A stretch of DNA of 64,000 nt from Bacteroidota bacterium (lineage in GTDB: Bacteria; Bacteroidota; Rhodothermia; Rhodothermales; JAHQVL01), in the NCBI GenBank assembly GCA_039111535.1, contig JBCCIM010000007.1, positions 7,165 through 71,164 on the forward strand. The letters are read 5' to 3'. Shown in pieces: positions 46,182-55,064 of the stretch. Numbering within the stretch: position 1 is the first letter of the stretch; each line of letters begins with the position of its first letter. Under the pieces are notes generated by a model. The model saw only the letters and a list, made by a program, of their open reading frames with translations. It was not told the origin of the DNA and ran no database searches. The position numbers were made by a program, and so were the translations under genes.

Positions 46182-47663
46182 ATGTTTCGACTCCTGGTAG
46201 AAAAAGAGTTGCGCGACCTGCTTGGTACCCCGCGCTTTGTGCTCACGTTTGCCATATCTGCGCTCCTGATTATCCTTGCCTTCTTTATGGGGGCAAAAAA
46301 CTACCAACTGATGGAGCAGCGGTACATATCTGCTCAACAGGAAAACAACCGGCAAATTGAATCGCTGACAACGGAGCAGTGGATGATGGTCTCGCCAACC
46401 ATTTTTGTCCCACCAAGTGCGCTAGCAGCGCTGGTTTCAGGCGTTTCCAACGATATCGGACGCAGTGTCCCAATCCAGGGGCGCGGTGAACTGAACTTGG
46501 AGAACAGCTACTTCAGCGACAATACTTCCGCTGCTGTTTTCAGGCTACTCGACCTGGAGTTTGTCTTTACCATCGTATTCTCACTCTTTGCCATTCTCTT
46601 TTGCTACAACGCGGTGAATGGCGAAAAAGAACAGGGTACCTTACGGCTCCTTTTTTCAAACAGCCTGGCCCGCGACCAGTACATTCTCGGCAAAATTGCC
46701 GGCTCTTTTCTGGCGCTGGGCCTGCCCCTGCTTGTCCCGATTCTCATCGGCTGCCTGTTGTTTATGTTGATGGGCATTCCCATGACTGGTGACGACTGGA
46801 TTCGGCTTGCCGGCATCATCGCTTGTGGCTTCCTCTTTTTCGGGGTTTTTGTGATGATTTCGATTTTTGTATCTGCGCTCACGGTCCGTTCATCTTCATC
46901 GTTTATTTTACTGCTGGTCATCTGGATTCTGACCATCCTCATTATCCCGAGGACGGCTGTGCTGTTTGCCGGTCGGGCCGTCGAGGTCCCGTCAGTGGAT
47001 GAGATTTCGTATCAGAAGCGGCAATTGCAATCGCAGCTTGTGCAGGAAGACATGAAGGCACTCGCCAAAGCCCTCGGCGGCGAAAGCGATGGCGGCAGCA
47101 TCAGCTTTGAATTCAGGGAAGAGAGCACTTCACAGGAAGAGGCGCAGGAACGCATGGAAGAGCGCATGAACAAGTTCAGAGAAACACAGGAAGAGCTTGC
47201 AGATGCCCGCGAAGAAAAAATGGCTAACCTGAGCGAACGCCTTAACACAGAACGGTACAACCGGCAACGCATCCAGCAAAAATGGGCATTTGGCCTGTCC
47301 AGAATTTCGCCGGCTTCAGCCTTTACCCTTGCAATAACCAACCTCGCCGGCACCTCACTTGATGCAGAGGATCAATTTATGCAGGCGGCCAATGACTACC
47401 AGCAAGTATTCCGGACGTTTCAGGAAGAGAAAGCCGGCATGAGCGGTGGGGGCGGCTTTATGATTGTTATGCGGACCAATAACGAAAACGAACCGCCCCC
47501 TGAAGCCATCAAAATTAGTGAGGTGCCGGTGTTTGAATACGCGTCGCCCCGGTTGGCTTCTATTGCGCCATCGCTGTCACTCGACATCGGGCTGCTTGTC
47601 TTCTTCAACCTCTTCTTCTTTGCTGCCGCCTTTGTGGCGTTCCTGAAATACGACGTGCGCTAA
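46182..47663 (+). CDS. ABC-2 type transporter permease with large charged coiled-coil insert (DUF3526-like)
   Basis: 493 aa. GEKEQGTLRLLFSN motif, 6 TM helices, a Glu/Arg-rich segment of about 130 aa, and a last TM helix. Paralog of the next gene. Confidence 0.7.
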   Translation: MFRLLVEKELRDLLGTPRFVLTFAISALLIILAFFMGAKNYQLMEQRYISAQQENNRQIESLTTEQWMMVSPTIFVPPSALAALVSGVSNDIGRSVPIQGRGELNLENSYFSDNTSAAVFRLLDLEFVFTIVFSLFAILFCYNAVNGEKEQGTLRLLFSNSLARDQYILGKIAGSFLALGLPLLVPILIGCLLFMLMGIPMTGDDWIRLAGIIACGFLFFGVFVMISIFVSALTVRSSSSFILLLVIWILTILIIPRTAVLFAGRAVEVPSVDEISYQKRQLQSQLVQEDMKALAKALGGESDGGSISFEFREESTSQEEAQERMEERMNKFRETQEELADAREEKMANLSERLNTERYNRQRIQQKWAFGLSRISPASAFTLAITNLAGTSLDAEDQFMQAANDYQQVFRTFQEEKAGMSGGGGFMIVMRTNNENEPPPEAIKISEVPVFEYASPRLASIAPSLSLDIGLLVFFNLFFFAAAFVAFLKYDVR

Positions 47664-47705
47664 TCCGCACCATCGCCTGCCACCAACCTTGTAATACCCG
47701 GATCC

Positions 47706-49133
47706 ATGTTTCTGACCCTAGTTGAAAAAGAGCTCAAGTACCTCCTGCTGAGCCCGAAATTCACCGCTACCTTCCTCGCCTGTACGATACTCACGCTACT
47801 CAGTATCCAGGCCGGCATCATGGAATACAACAACGGCCGGGCACAATACGACGCTGCTACGGCCCTCGTCAGCCAGGAACTGAATGAAGCAGAACGCTGG
47901 CATCAGGTTGGCGGACGCCAACGCGTATTTCGTGAGCCCAAGCCGGTTCAAATTTTCGTTTCAGGTGTACATTTCGACATTGGCCGTTACTCCGTCATCA
48001 GTTCCTGGCAGGACATCAAACTGCGGCAAAGCGCCTATTCCATTGAGCCCCTTTTTGCGGTCTTCAGGGCTATCGACTTCCTGTTCATTGTCCAGGTCGT
48101 GTTATCTCTGCTAACCATTGTCTTCTCATACGACTTGATCTCTGGTGAAAAAGAATCAGGTACCCTCAGGCTTATGCTCTCGAATGCGGTACCCCGCACC
48201 ACGTACATCGCAGCAAAATTGAGTGGCGCATGGTTGGGGCTAATGGTACCGCTGCTGATCCCGCTTGCGCTTGGCATATTGCTTATCCTCATTCAGCGCA
48301 TTCCATTTACGCCAGATGATTGGCTGCATATTGCTGCCCTAGCCGGCTATGCTGCCCTATACCTGACAGCCTTTCTCAGCGTCGGCCTGCTGGTTTCTAC
48401 CCTCACCCATCAATCCAACCTGTCTTTCCTGATCTTGCTGGTATTCTGGATATCGATGGTGCTCGTTATACCGCGCGGCGGTATGATGATCGCTTCACAG
48501 CTTTACGACGTCCCGTCAGCAACAGAGATAGAAAGCCAAAAAGAAGGGTTTGCCCAGGAGCAACGGACGCAGTTCTTTGAAAGGATTAGCGAAGCGGCCC
48601 GAGAGCGCAATCAGGCGACTGCTGGCATGACAGAAGAAGAAAGAGAACAATACAATGAGGACAATGAATGGGACCAGATGCTGGCCTCCGAAGATATGCA
48701 AAAGGATATGGACGAAGCCATCGCAGAGTACAACCGCAAGATTGACGAAGACGCCGCCAATAAAAGGCAAGAACAGCAGCGGTTTGGGTTTATGTTATCC
48801 CGTTTCTCTCCTGCCGCAGCGTTCCAACTTGCAGGTATGACCCTTGGGCAAACAGATATCGGTCTGAAGCAACGCTACCTGACCGCCCTATCGGAATACC
48901 GTAGCACTTTTCGCGCCTACATCGATGAAAAGAGTCCATCGGGCGGGATTGTTATGGGCGGCCAACCTTCGCCGGCAGATAAACCAGATCTGACAGACAT
49001 GCCGCAGTTCACGGCGCCGGCGCTGGCGAGCCCTATAAGTCAAACCCTGCCAGATGCATTGATTCTGTTCCTGTTTGTCTCAGTAGCTACGGTGATGAGC
49101 TTTGTGACATTCAACCGCTATGATGTCCGGTAA
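47706..49133 (+). CDS. ABC-2 type transporter permease, paralog
   Basis: 475 aa. GEKESGTLRLMLSN. Same architecture as 46182-47663. Confidence 0.7.
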   Translation: MFLTLVEKELKYLLLSPKFTATFLACTILTLLSIQAGIMEYNNGRAQYDAATALVSQELNEAERWHQVGGRQRVFREPKPVQIFVSGVHFDIGRYSVISSWQDIKLRQSAYSIEPLFAVFRAIDFLFIVQVVLSLLTIVFSYDLISGEKESGTLRLMLSNAVPRTTYIAAKLSGAWLGLMVPLLIPLALGILLILIQRIPFTPDDWLHIAALAGYAALYLTAFLSVGLLVSTLTHQSNLSFLILLVFWISMVLVIPRGGMMIASQLYDVPSATEIESQKEGFAQEQRTQFFERISEAARERNQATAGMTEEEREQYNEDNEWDQMLASEDMQKDMDEAIAEYNRKIDEDAANKRQEQQRFGFMLSRFSPAAAFQLAGMTLGQTDIGLKQRYLTALSEYRSTFRAYIDEKSPSGGIVMGGQPSPADKPDLTDMPQFTAPALASPISQTLPDALILFLFVSVATVMSFVTFNRYDVR

Positions 49134-49137
49134 TGCA

Positions 49138-49503
49138 CTAATTACCGAGCGTGGGGCGATAAAAAGCAAGTACAGCTTCTTCATCTAATTCGTCTGTAGC
49201 AGACATCGCAAGGCCTTTGATATCTGAATCGCGTACTTGCTGCATTATGCTATTGTACAAATCCATCGGGGTATCCATAGCAAACTTGAGTGATACATAC
49301 ACTTCCGTTTGCGCACTCAGTAGCCCCAGTTGGTCGTGGATTTCATTGAGCGCCACCGGATGCCCGGCCAGATAAATTTGCGCTGCTGAAACAACCTCCA
49401 TTTTCACAACCGAAGCAACCGGATTTGTCAGAGAATCTGCCTGTTCACAGCTACTGAACAGAACGGCAAGCAACAGGAGATGTAGAAGCCAAATGTGTTT
49501 CAT
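49138..49503 (-). CDS. Hypothetical small lipoprotein
   Basis: The ATG at 49503 gives MKHIWLLHLLLLAVLFSSC. Weak ExbD/TolR-like periplasmic pattern, not secure. Confidence 0.45.
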   Translation of the reverse strand: MKHIWLLHLLLLAVLFSSCEQADSLTNPVASVVKMEVVSAAQIYLAGHPVALNEIHDQLGLLSAQTEVYVSLKFAMDTPMDLYNSIMQQVRDSDIKGLAMSATDELDEEAVLAFYRPTLGN

Positions 49504-49597
49504 TATGTGCTCTTTGCTGGATGAGTGACCCAATCAAAAGACCCTTAACAGTGATTGAAGTTGCTATCAGAAGAAGTACTGCCAGGATAACGCACAA

Positions 49598-50869
49598 TCA
49601 ATTCCCGGACACACGCAGCGGCTCTGTCCAGTCATTAGAACCCATGCCGCCGATGTAATCTGCCGGCTCAAACCAGTCAAGGGCTGCAGCACCCGGATCT
49701 GCGGGATAGGCATTGCCCTGGCTGTTCAGCATAAAGTTGGGGGCCGCGAGGCTGAAGGGGTTTTGCATGAAGTTGTCAGTGCCCACTTCATTACGCGCTA
49801 CATCATTGAGGAATAATTCGTTTTCTCCACAGCGGTTGGTGAAGTCACGGTCGTTTGAAGAAAAGTATGTATTGCGCATCAGGATGCTGCCATTTTCGAT
49901 ATACAAGCAGGATGCAGAATCATCAATCCAGAACCCTTTCTGCTTATGATTAAAGACAATGCCATTCACAAGCGTAGCAGCTGTACCTAATGTCAGCTTT
50001 ATCCCGTCGCGGCCCACCGACCGATCAGGAGATCCCATCAAGGAAAAATTGTAAACGGTGGGCCCGGAACGCGGTTCGAGGTCGAGGGATGCGTCCCAGG
50101 GTGTTACGTTGGTGCCGAAAACACCCGAATCAGCCTGGTCATTACACTGCTGGGCAATCCAGAATTGCCCCCTGCCCTGCCAGCCATCATGCCAGGCGAA
50201 CCCGTGTTCTGCCGCACAGGTCGATAAAGCATTACGCAGATCAACCGTACCCCCTACCATCGAAAAACCATTGTTACCGCTATTAACCGCATGTACGTGT
50301 TCCAAAATGGTCCGACTCCCTACACCGTGCAGGGCAAAACTGCCTGGATAATGTGTTGATGAGTCAACAGCAATTGCGCCGGCATTTTCTACAACTACGT
50401 ACCGCAGTACGCCGCTGCTGTCTGCACTATTGGTGCCGCAGTACGCGCCCGTCTCAGCAAGGGGCATTGTATCCGTACCCGTATTGCAAGGGGCATCGCC
50501 ATTGATTACAATACCGCCCCAGTCGCCCCGCCCGTCGTCATCTGATGTAAAGAGGATAGGGTCATCCGCTGTGCCGTCTGCGATCAGGAAAGCCCCTTTT
50601 GATACAATGAGCGATGCGCAAGAGCCGATCTCGTCCCGCCGGCACCCTTCGCTTTCAGCGATGATCTGCGTGCCCGGCTCAATGGTTAGGGTAACACCTG
50701 GTTGTATGACAGAATATCCGCGCATGTAGTACGGAGAAAGCCGCTCAAACAAGACAATGTCTTCGCGCACTTGCGATGGTACTGTTGGCAGCGGATCTCC
50801 CGGGAAGGTATTCAGATCACACCCCGCTACCAGCAAAACTAAAACCAAGAAAGAAAAACGATACATCAT
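49598..50869 (-). CDS. Lipoprotein, probable right-handed beta-helix fold
   Basis: Signal MMYRFSFLVLVLLVAGC. GVTLTIEPGTQI...DPILFTS...GDWGGIVINGDAP pattern seen in beta-helix lipoproteins. Confidence 0.55.
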   Translation of the reverse strand: MMYRFSFLVLVLLVAGCDLNTFPGDPLPTVPSQVREDIVLFERLSPYYMRGYSVIQPGVTLTIEPGTQIIAESEGCRRDEIGSCASLIVSKGAFLIADGTADDPILFTSDDDGRGDWGGIVINGDAPCNTGTDTMPLAETGAYCGTNSADSSGVLRYVVVENAGAIAVDSSTHYPGSFALHGVGSRTILEHVHAVNSGNNGFSMVGGTVDLRNALSTCAAEHGFAWHDGWQGRGQFWIAQQCNDQADSGVFGTNVTPWDASLDLEPRSGPTVYNFSLMGSPDRSVGRDGIKLTLGTAATLVNGIVFNHKQKGFWIDDSASCLYIENGSILMRNTYFSSNDRDFTNRCGENELFLNDVARNEVGTDNFMQNPFSLAAPNFMLNSQGNAYPADPGAAALDWFEPADYIGGMGSNDWTEPLRVSGN

Positions 50870-50900
50870 TCAGCGGGATAGAGGTTAGAGCTTCATGCCA

Positions 50901-51677
50901 TTAAAGCTTCATACAGACGGCGCGCAGGCTATTGCCTTGTCCATTACAATCAAGGCTGAACCCGCCTTTGACACGCGCTTTGCCACGGGGAGACATGAAC
51001 AGGGTGGTGATGGCGTTGACGGTGAGCGTAGCAATTGAAACCGCCATGGCTTTGGGGAAGATATCCTTCGCCTCGTCCCGTTTCTCGCGCCACAATTCAA
51101 GCTCTTCTCCCCGCAAGGTGTCCAGGTAGGTACTCCGGGCGTTGAGGGCTGCGTTTTTGGTTTTGAAGAACTGCACCCACAATGACGTTGCGTACCCCGT
51201 TGCTGCCAGCAATACAGCCGGCTCCGCAACACGCCACACACGCGTAAACGCACCAGGATTCCCGCCGCAAGACGACGCATACCGGTTGCGATAGATACTC
51301 TGGTATAGCCCGGGCACCAACGCCGCGTAATAGTGTGGCCGCTTTAGTTCAAGCTCCACTTCGTTGGTATTGAACTCAGATTGAAACCCATAGAGTTGGA
51401 ACATGTGGATCCCAAAATCAACGTTGGCCTCGTAACTCTGTTGATCTCCATCGTCGATGGTTGGACGATATGGGGTGAGTTCGTGCCCATTGTAATGAAA
51501 CGAGTATCCCGCGACAGACTCAACGGGCTTGCTCCAGGCAAGAGTCATGGTCTTGTGCTTGGCATCAACGACAGAACAAAGCGAAAATCCTTGAGCATTC
51601 GCCTGGTTTGTCCAGATACTGGCAAACAGAGGGATCACACAAAACAGCAGGCATGTGCGAATAAAGCGGCCATTCAT
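50901..51677 (-). CDS. Hypothetical secreted/membrane protein
   Basis: The ATG at 51677 gives the signal MNGRFIRTCLLFCVIPLFASIWTNQANA. An FN3-like N-terminal part and hydrophobic helices in the C-terminal half. Confidence 0.5.
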   Translation of the reverse strand: MNGRFIRTCLLFCVIPLFASIWTNQANAQGFSLCSVVDAKHKTMTLAWSKPVESVAGYSFHYNGHELTPYRPTIDDGDQQSYEANVDFGIHMFQLYGFQSEFNTNEVELELKRPHYYAALVPGLYQSIYRNRYASSCGGNPGAFTRVWRVAEPAVLLAATGYATSLWVQFFKTKNAALNARSTYLDTLRGEELELWREKRDEAKDIFPKAMAVSIATLTVNAITTLFMSPRGKARVKGGFSLDCNGQGNSLRAVCMKL

Positions 51678-51927
51678 GTATATAGAGGTGCAGGTTACCG
51701 GAAAGAGGGTCCAATTGCTCTTGTTGTTTCGTCTCACAAAGCACTGGACACTGAATGCATCACTGGTCAAATGCCCCTAAATAGGCCAAATTAATCCGTT
51801 CTTTTGATACGCAGGATGCCCTACCAGTATCGGACTGGCGACTTGAAAGTAAACTGGACGGTAAGGACTGATACCGCAGGGAATTAGTACCTATGTTCCG
51901 GCAAACGCAGGGTCACGGCTGCTATAA

Positions 51928-51967
51928 ACAAAAAATGAACCCGCCAGCACACACCAACGGGTTCATT
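51928..51967 (-). terminator. Rho-independent terminator after the VOC gene
   Basis: Minus strand: AATGAACCCG ttggtgtgtgctgg CGGGTTCATT followed by TTTTGTTT. Confidence 0.7.
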
Positions 51968-51988
51968 TTGCCTTGATTTATATCAACG

Positions 51989-52375
51989 CTATGCTTTTTC
52001 GCGCCGGCGCGGTGCATCAGCCGGCTGATACAGGCTAAGCACGTGCCCGTCCGGATCAACGAAATCAGCGGTCAATCCGCCGTCTGGCGCTTCACTCACT
52101 GGCACAACGATTTCAACATTCTGCTTCACAAGGGCTTCGACGAGGTCTTCGATACCGCCATCAAGCCCAAAAACGACAACTGGGCTCTGCCCTGGTGCTT
52201 CTTCTGCAGGAATAAACACAAGAATCAATGAGCCAGACTCTGCAGTCAGGAATGCACCTTCGTGGCCGGCGGTCTCCTGCATTTCCATGCCAAGCACGTT
52301 GCTGTAAAACTGACGCGTCTGCTCGAGGTCTTTTACAAAGAATACCAGGTTGGTAATCGGATAGGAAGTCAACAT
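51989..52375 (-). CDS. VOC / glyoxalase-bleomycin-resistance family protein
   Basis: ITNLVFFVKDLEQTRQFYSNVLGM and FVDPDGHVLSLYQ. The ORF extends to 52468, but the ATG at 52375 gives the usual ~128-aa size. Confidence 0.75.
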   Translation of the reverse strand: MLTSYPITNLVFFVKDLEQTRQFYSNVLGMEMQETAGHEGAFLTAESGSLILVFIPAEEAPGQSPVVVFGLDGGIEDLVEALVKQNVEIVVPVSEAPDGGLTADFVDPDGHVLSLYQPADAPRRREKA

Positions 52376-52460
52376 AAGTTTTTCAATTGTGTAGGTTAAA
52401 CAGGATGGTTCTATCCTGTAGTTGCCGCCATTGTCAAATTTGTGAGCATGCCAGTGTACA

Positions 52461-53099
52461 TCAGCCAAAAATAATTAAATGTCCGCTCGGATCGTGGGTC
52501 CCCATAGACACATCACTGTTCACGCCGGGAAATTTTAGGCGCCTGGCCAGTGCCCGACGGATAAGGCCCAGTGGCAGGTTTTCGTAACGCCCGCTCCGCT
52601 GCTGCCGGCTGGCATACGCAAGTCCAATTACCTCACGCCGCGCGTCATCAGACAGCGGGCCGAGCGCTTTACGGATCGACGTCAGGCGCTGCCGGAATGC
52701 TGTGTCAGAAAGTTTGAGGAGGAGGCAGATTTCCTGCTTGTTCAAGCCGTGCAGCGTCAGTACAGCAACACGTCGGGCCGCGGGTGGCAAGGCATCGAGA
52801 AATTGCCGGCGCGCCTGGCTATCAACATCTTTTTGCGTTTCATCAACCGCGGCATCTGGTTTGTCGCTGCTGTATGTAGTGTCTCGCTGTTTACGCCGCA
52901 CTGCAGTTCTTGCTTGCTGTGTTGCAAGATTACGTAATACGCCGGCGATCCACTTGCGATCTGATGGCGCAGCAAAATCCGTCCGAGAGGCCTCTATGGC
53001 CACAATGAGGGCATCTTGCAGTAAATCTTCTGCCTCTTCAGCCACGCGGGCGTGGCGGCTTGCTATACGCAGCAAGGTGTTGTAGTCTTCACGGGTCAT
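52461..53099 (-). CDS. ECF-type RNA polymerase sigma-70 factor with ~60-aa C-terminal extension
   Basis: Region 2 (AEDLLQDALIVAIE) and region 4 HTH (LTLHGLNKQEICLLLKLSDTAFRQRLTSIRK). Confidence 0.8.
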   Translation of the reverse strand: MTREDYNTLLRIASRHARVAEEAEDLLQDALIVAIEASRTDFAAPSDRKWIAGVLRNLATQQARTAVRRKQRDTTYSSDKPDAAVDETQKDVDSQARRQFLDALPPAARRVAVLTLHGLNKQEICLLLKLSDTAFRQRLTSIRKALGPLSDDARREVIGLAYASRQQRSGRYENLPLGLIRRALARRLKFPGVNSDVSMGTHDPSGHLIIFG

Positions 53100-53200
53100 G
53101 CGTTTACTCCTGGAAATGCAACCATTAGCAAATACGTATACCGCATCCAGATGTGCAATGGTTACGCATATTTTCTTGCCGGGGCCAACACACTTGATGG

Positions 53201-53235
53201 GTATAAAAAAAGCCGATCAACAAATTGATCGGCTT
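53201..53235 (-). terminator. Rho-independent terminator immediately after tRNA-Gly
   Basis: Minus strand: AAGCCGATCAA tttg TTGATCGGCTT followed by TTTTTTA. Confidence 0.7.
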
Positions 53236-53311
53236 TGGAGCGGAACACCGGGCTCGAACCGGCGACCTCAACCTTGGCAAGGTTGCGCTCTACCAACTGA
53301 GCTAGTTCCGC
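53236..53311 (-). tRNA. tRNA-Gly: tRNA-Gly (anticodon GCC), CCA encoded
   Basis: Minus strand: GCGGAAC TA GCTC AGTTGGTA GAGC G CAACC TTGCCAA GGTTG AGGTC GCCGG TTCGAGC CCGGT GTTCCGC T CCA. All four stems pair. 76 nt. Confidence 0.9.
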
Positions 53312-53358
53312 ATTTTGGGTTGGGATCGGTAAAACCAAGAACAAAGATCAAGGTTCCG

Positions 53359-53886
53359 TTAAAATCCTATTCGTCGGGTTTCTTGTTTTTTCTCCAAATC
53401 AGGTTTCGGATTCAGGTCCATTGTGTAGGTCGAATAGAACGCAGAAGCCCCTTCTCGCTCCCAAAAAGCAATCCCTTTGGTATTGGCATTGAGAACGCGG
53501 AGGCGAACGCGTGCTGCCCCACATGCTTCTGCCCACGTTGTAACGCTTGCAAGTAGTTTCGTCCCAATCTCCTGCCCTCGTGCTTCCGGTATTACGTACA
53601 CTTTATCTACATAAACTTCTGGCACCGGCGCAAAGACAGGCAATTCAACCATCCGGTGTGCCCTGATGTAACCTACCGGGCCATTGATGCCTGTGGCTAC
53701 CACCATATGACAGGTTTTGTCCTCAAGCCAGTGCATGTAGTCGTTTTTCCAACGCACACCAGCATCATCAGACAAGACCAGTCGCGGATCCATCGCCTCG
53801 TGTTCATGCATGAGCGCCAGCCAGAATTCACAGAGGGTTTCAACATCAGCGGCTTGCGCCGGCCTCAACGTGATATGTTCTATCAT
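53359..53886 (-). CDS. GNAT family N-acetyltransferase
   Basis: VIPEARGQEIGTKLL...NTKGIAFWEREG acetyl-CoA-binding pattern. The start overlaps the asd stop (ATGA). Confidence 0.8.
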   Translation of the reverse strand: MIEHITLRPAQAADVETLCEFWLALMHEHEAMDPRLVLSDDAGVRWKNDYMHWLEDKTCHMVVATGINGPVGYIRAHRMVELPVFAPVPEVYVDKVYVIPEARGQEIGTKLLASVTTWAEACGAARVRLRVLNANTKGIAFWEREGASAFYSTYTMDLNPKPDLEKKQETRRIGF

Positions 53887-54959
53887 ACACCTACCGTTGC
53901 CGATACAGTTCTGGGTTTGAGGTAACCTTGCTTAACAAGCAATTCTGCGTTAAGTACTGCGCCACCAGCTGCGCCGCGGATGGTATTATGAGAAAGCACA
54001 ATAAACTTCACATCGAGGACTTCGCAGGGCCGAACACGTCCAACCGTAACCGTCATCCCGTTGCCCAGGTTTGCGTGCCGGCGCGGCTGCGGGAAACGCG
54101 GATCGTCAAACCGTTTCACAAATTCGTCCGGCGCCGTGGGCAAGCCCAGGCCGGCCAGAGGAGACGCAAAATTATCAAAGGCCGCACTTACGGCGTCTGC
54201 CGACACCCGATTGCGAAATCGAATGGCAACGGTTTCCAAATGCCCATCCAGTACTGGCACCCGGTTGCACTGCGGACTCACTGCAAAAGCCGCCGGCGTA
54301 ATGGCATCGTTTTCAAACCGGCCCAGCAGCTTCAGGGGTTCTGTAACCAGTTTGTCTTCTTCACCACCGATGTAAGGCACAACATTGCCCAGGATATCCA
54401 GCGATGAGACACCCGGATACCCGGCACCCGACAAAGCCTGCATCGTCGTAACCTGGACTGCATCTATTTCAAATGCGTCATATAGCGGCTTTAAGGCGCA
54501 CACCAACCCAACCGTTGAGCAATTCGGATTGGTAACAATAAAACCGCCGCTGCCCCAGCGCTGGGTATGAATCAGCGCTGTATGCTCCGGGTTCACCTCT
54601 GGAATGAGCAGCGGTACCGTTTCATCCATGCGATAGTTTTTTGCATTGGAAATTACGGGATAGCCGGCGGTTGCAAATTGCTTTTCAAGCTCGCCTGCTA
54701 CGCTCGAATCGAGGCCAGAGAATACAAAGTCACAATCAAACCCGGGCTTTGCCAGCTCAACGGTCTTGTTAGCCAGATGTGCTGGAATGGTAGTGGCACC
54801 AATCCAGTTTGTCGCCGCTGCATAAGGTTTACCGGCGGACCGCTCTGACGCAGCAAGTACCGTAACCTCAAACCAGGGATGGTTACCGAGAATTTGTACA
54901 AATTTTTGTCCTACGGCGCCAGTTGCACCGAGAATACCGACTTTTAATTTAGGGGTCAT
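53883..54959 (-). CDS. asd: Aspartate-semialdehyde dehydrogenase
   Basis: [14 protein letters not shown](P) motif and active-site TNPNCSTVG. Confidence 0.9.
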   Translation of the reverse strand: MTPKLKVGILGATGAVGQKFVQILGNHPWFEVTVLAASERSAGKPYAAATNWIGATTIPAHLANKTVELAKPGFDCDFVFSGLDSSVAGELEKQFATAGYPVISNAKNYRMDETVPLLIPEVNPEHTALIHTQRWGSGGFIVTNPNCSTVGLVCALKPLYDAFEIDAVQVTTMQALSGAGYPGVSSLDILGNVVPYIGGEEDKLVTEPLKLLGRFENDAITPAAFAVSPQCNRVPVLDGHLETVAIRFRNRVSADAVSAAFDNFASPLAGLGLPTAPDEFVKRFDDPRFPQPRRHANLGNGMTVTVGRVRPCEVLDVKFIVLSHNTIRGAAGGAVLNAELLVKQGYLKPRTVSATVGV

Positions 54960-55064
54960 GGCTTATGTCTTCATTTGGCGCTGAACGATCTAGAAGTCGG
55001 AATGGGCAACCACACGATGGGTACCGATCCCGCAAAACAAGTGTCCCAAGCATGCTACATTACT

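Noticed and set aside
53100-53200. Possible ECF-type autoregulated promoter upstream of the sigma gene (minus strand GTAACC-N16-CGGTAT).
   Set aside because: There is only a loose resemblance to GAAC-N16-CGT type promoters. Without a second copy or conservation it is not supportable.
53100-53360. tRNA-Gly as a possible genomic-island integration site.
   Set aside because: No integrase is adjacent and I found no duplicated tRNA 3' segment nearby. Flanking genes (ECF sigma, GNAT/asd operon) look native in composition.
53098-53556. ORFs 53098-53556(+) and 53162-53344(-) covering the tRNA region.
   Set aside because: They overlap a canonical tRNA-Gly and its terminator, and have no protein-like features.
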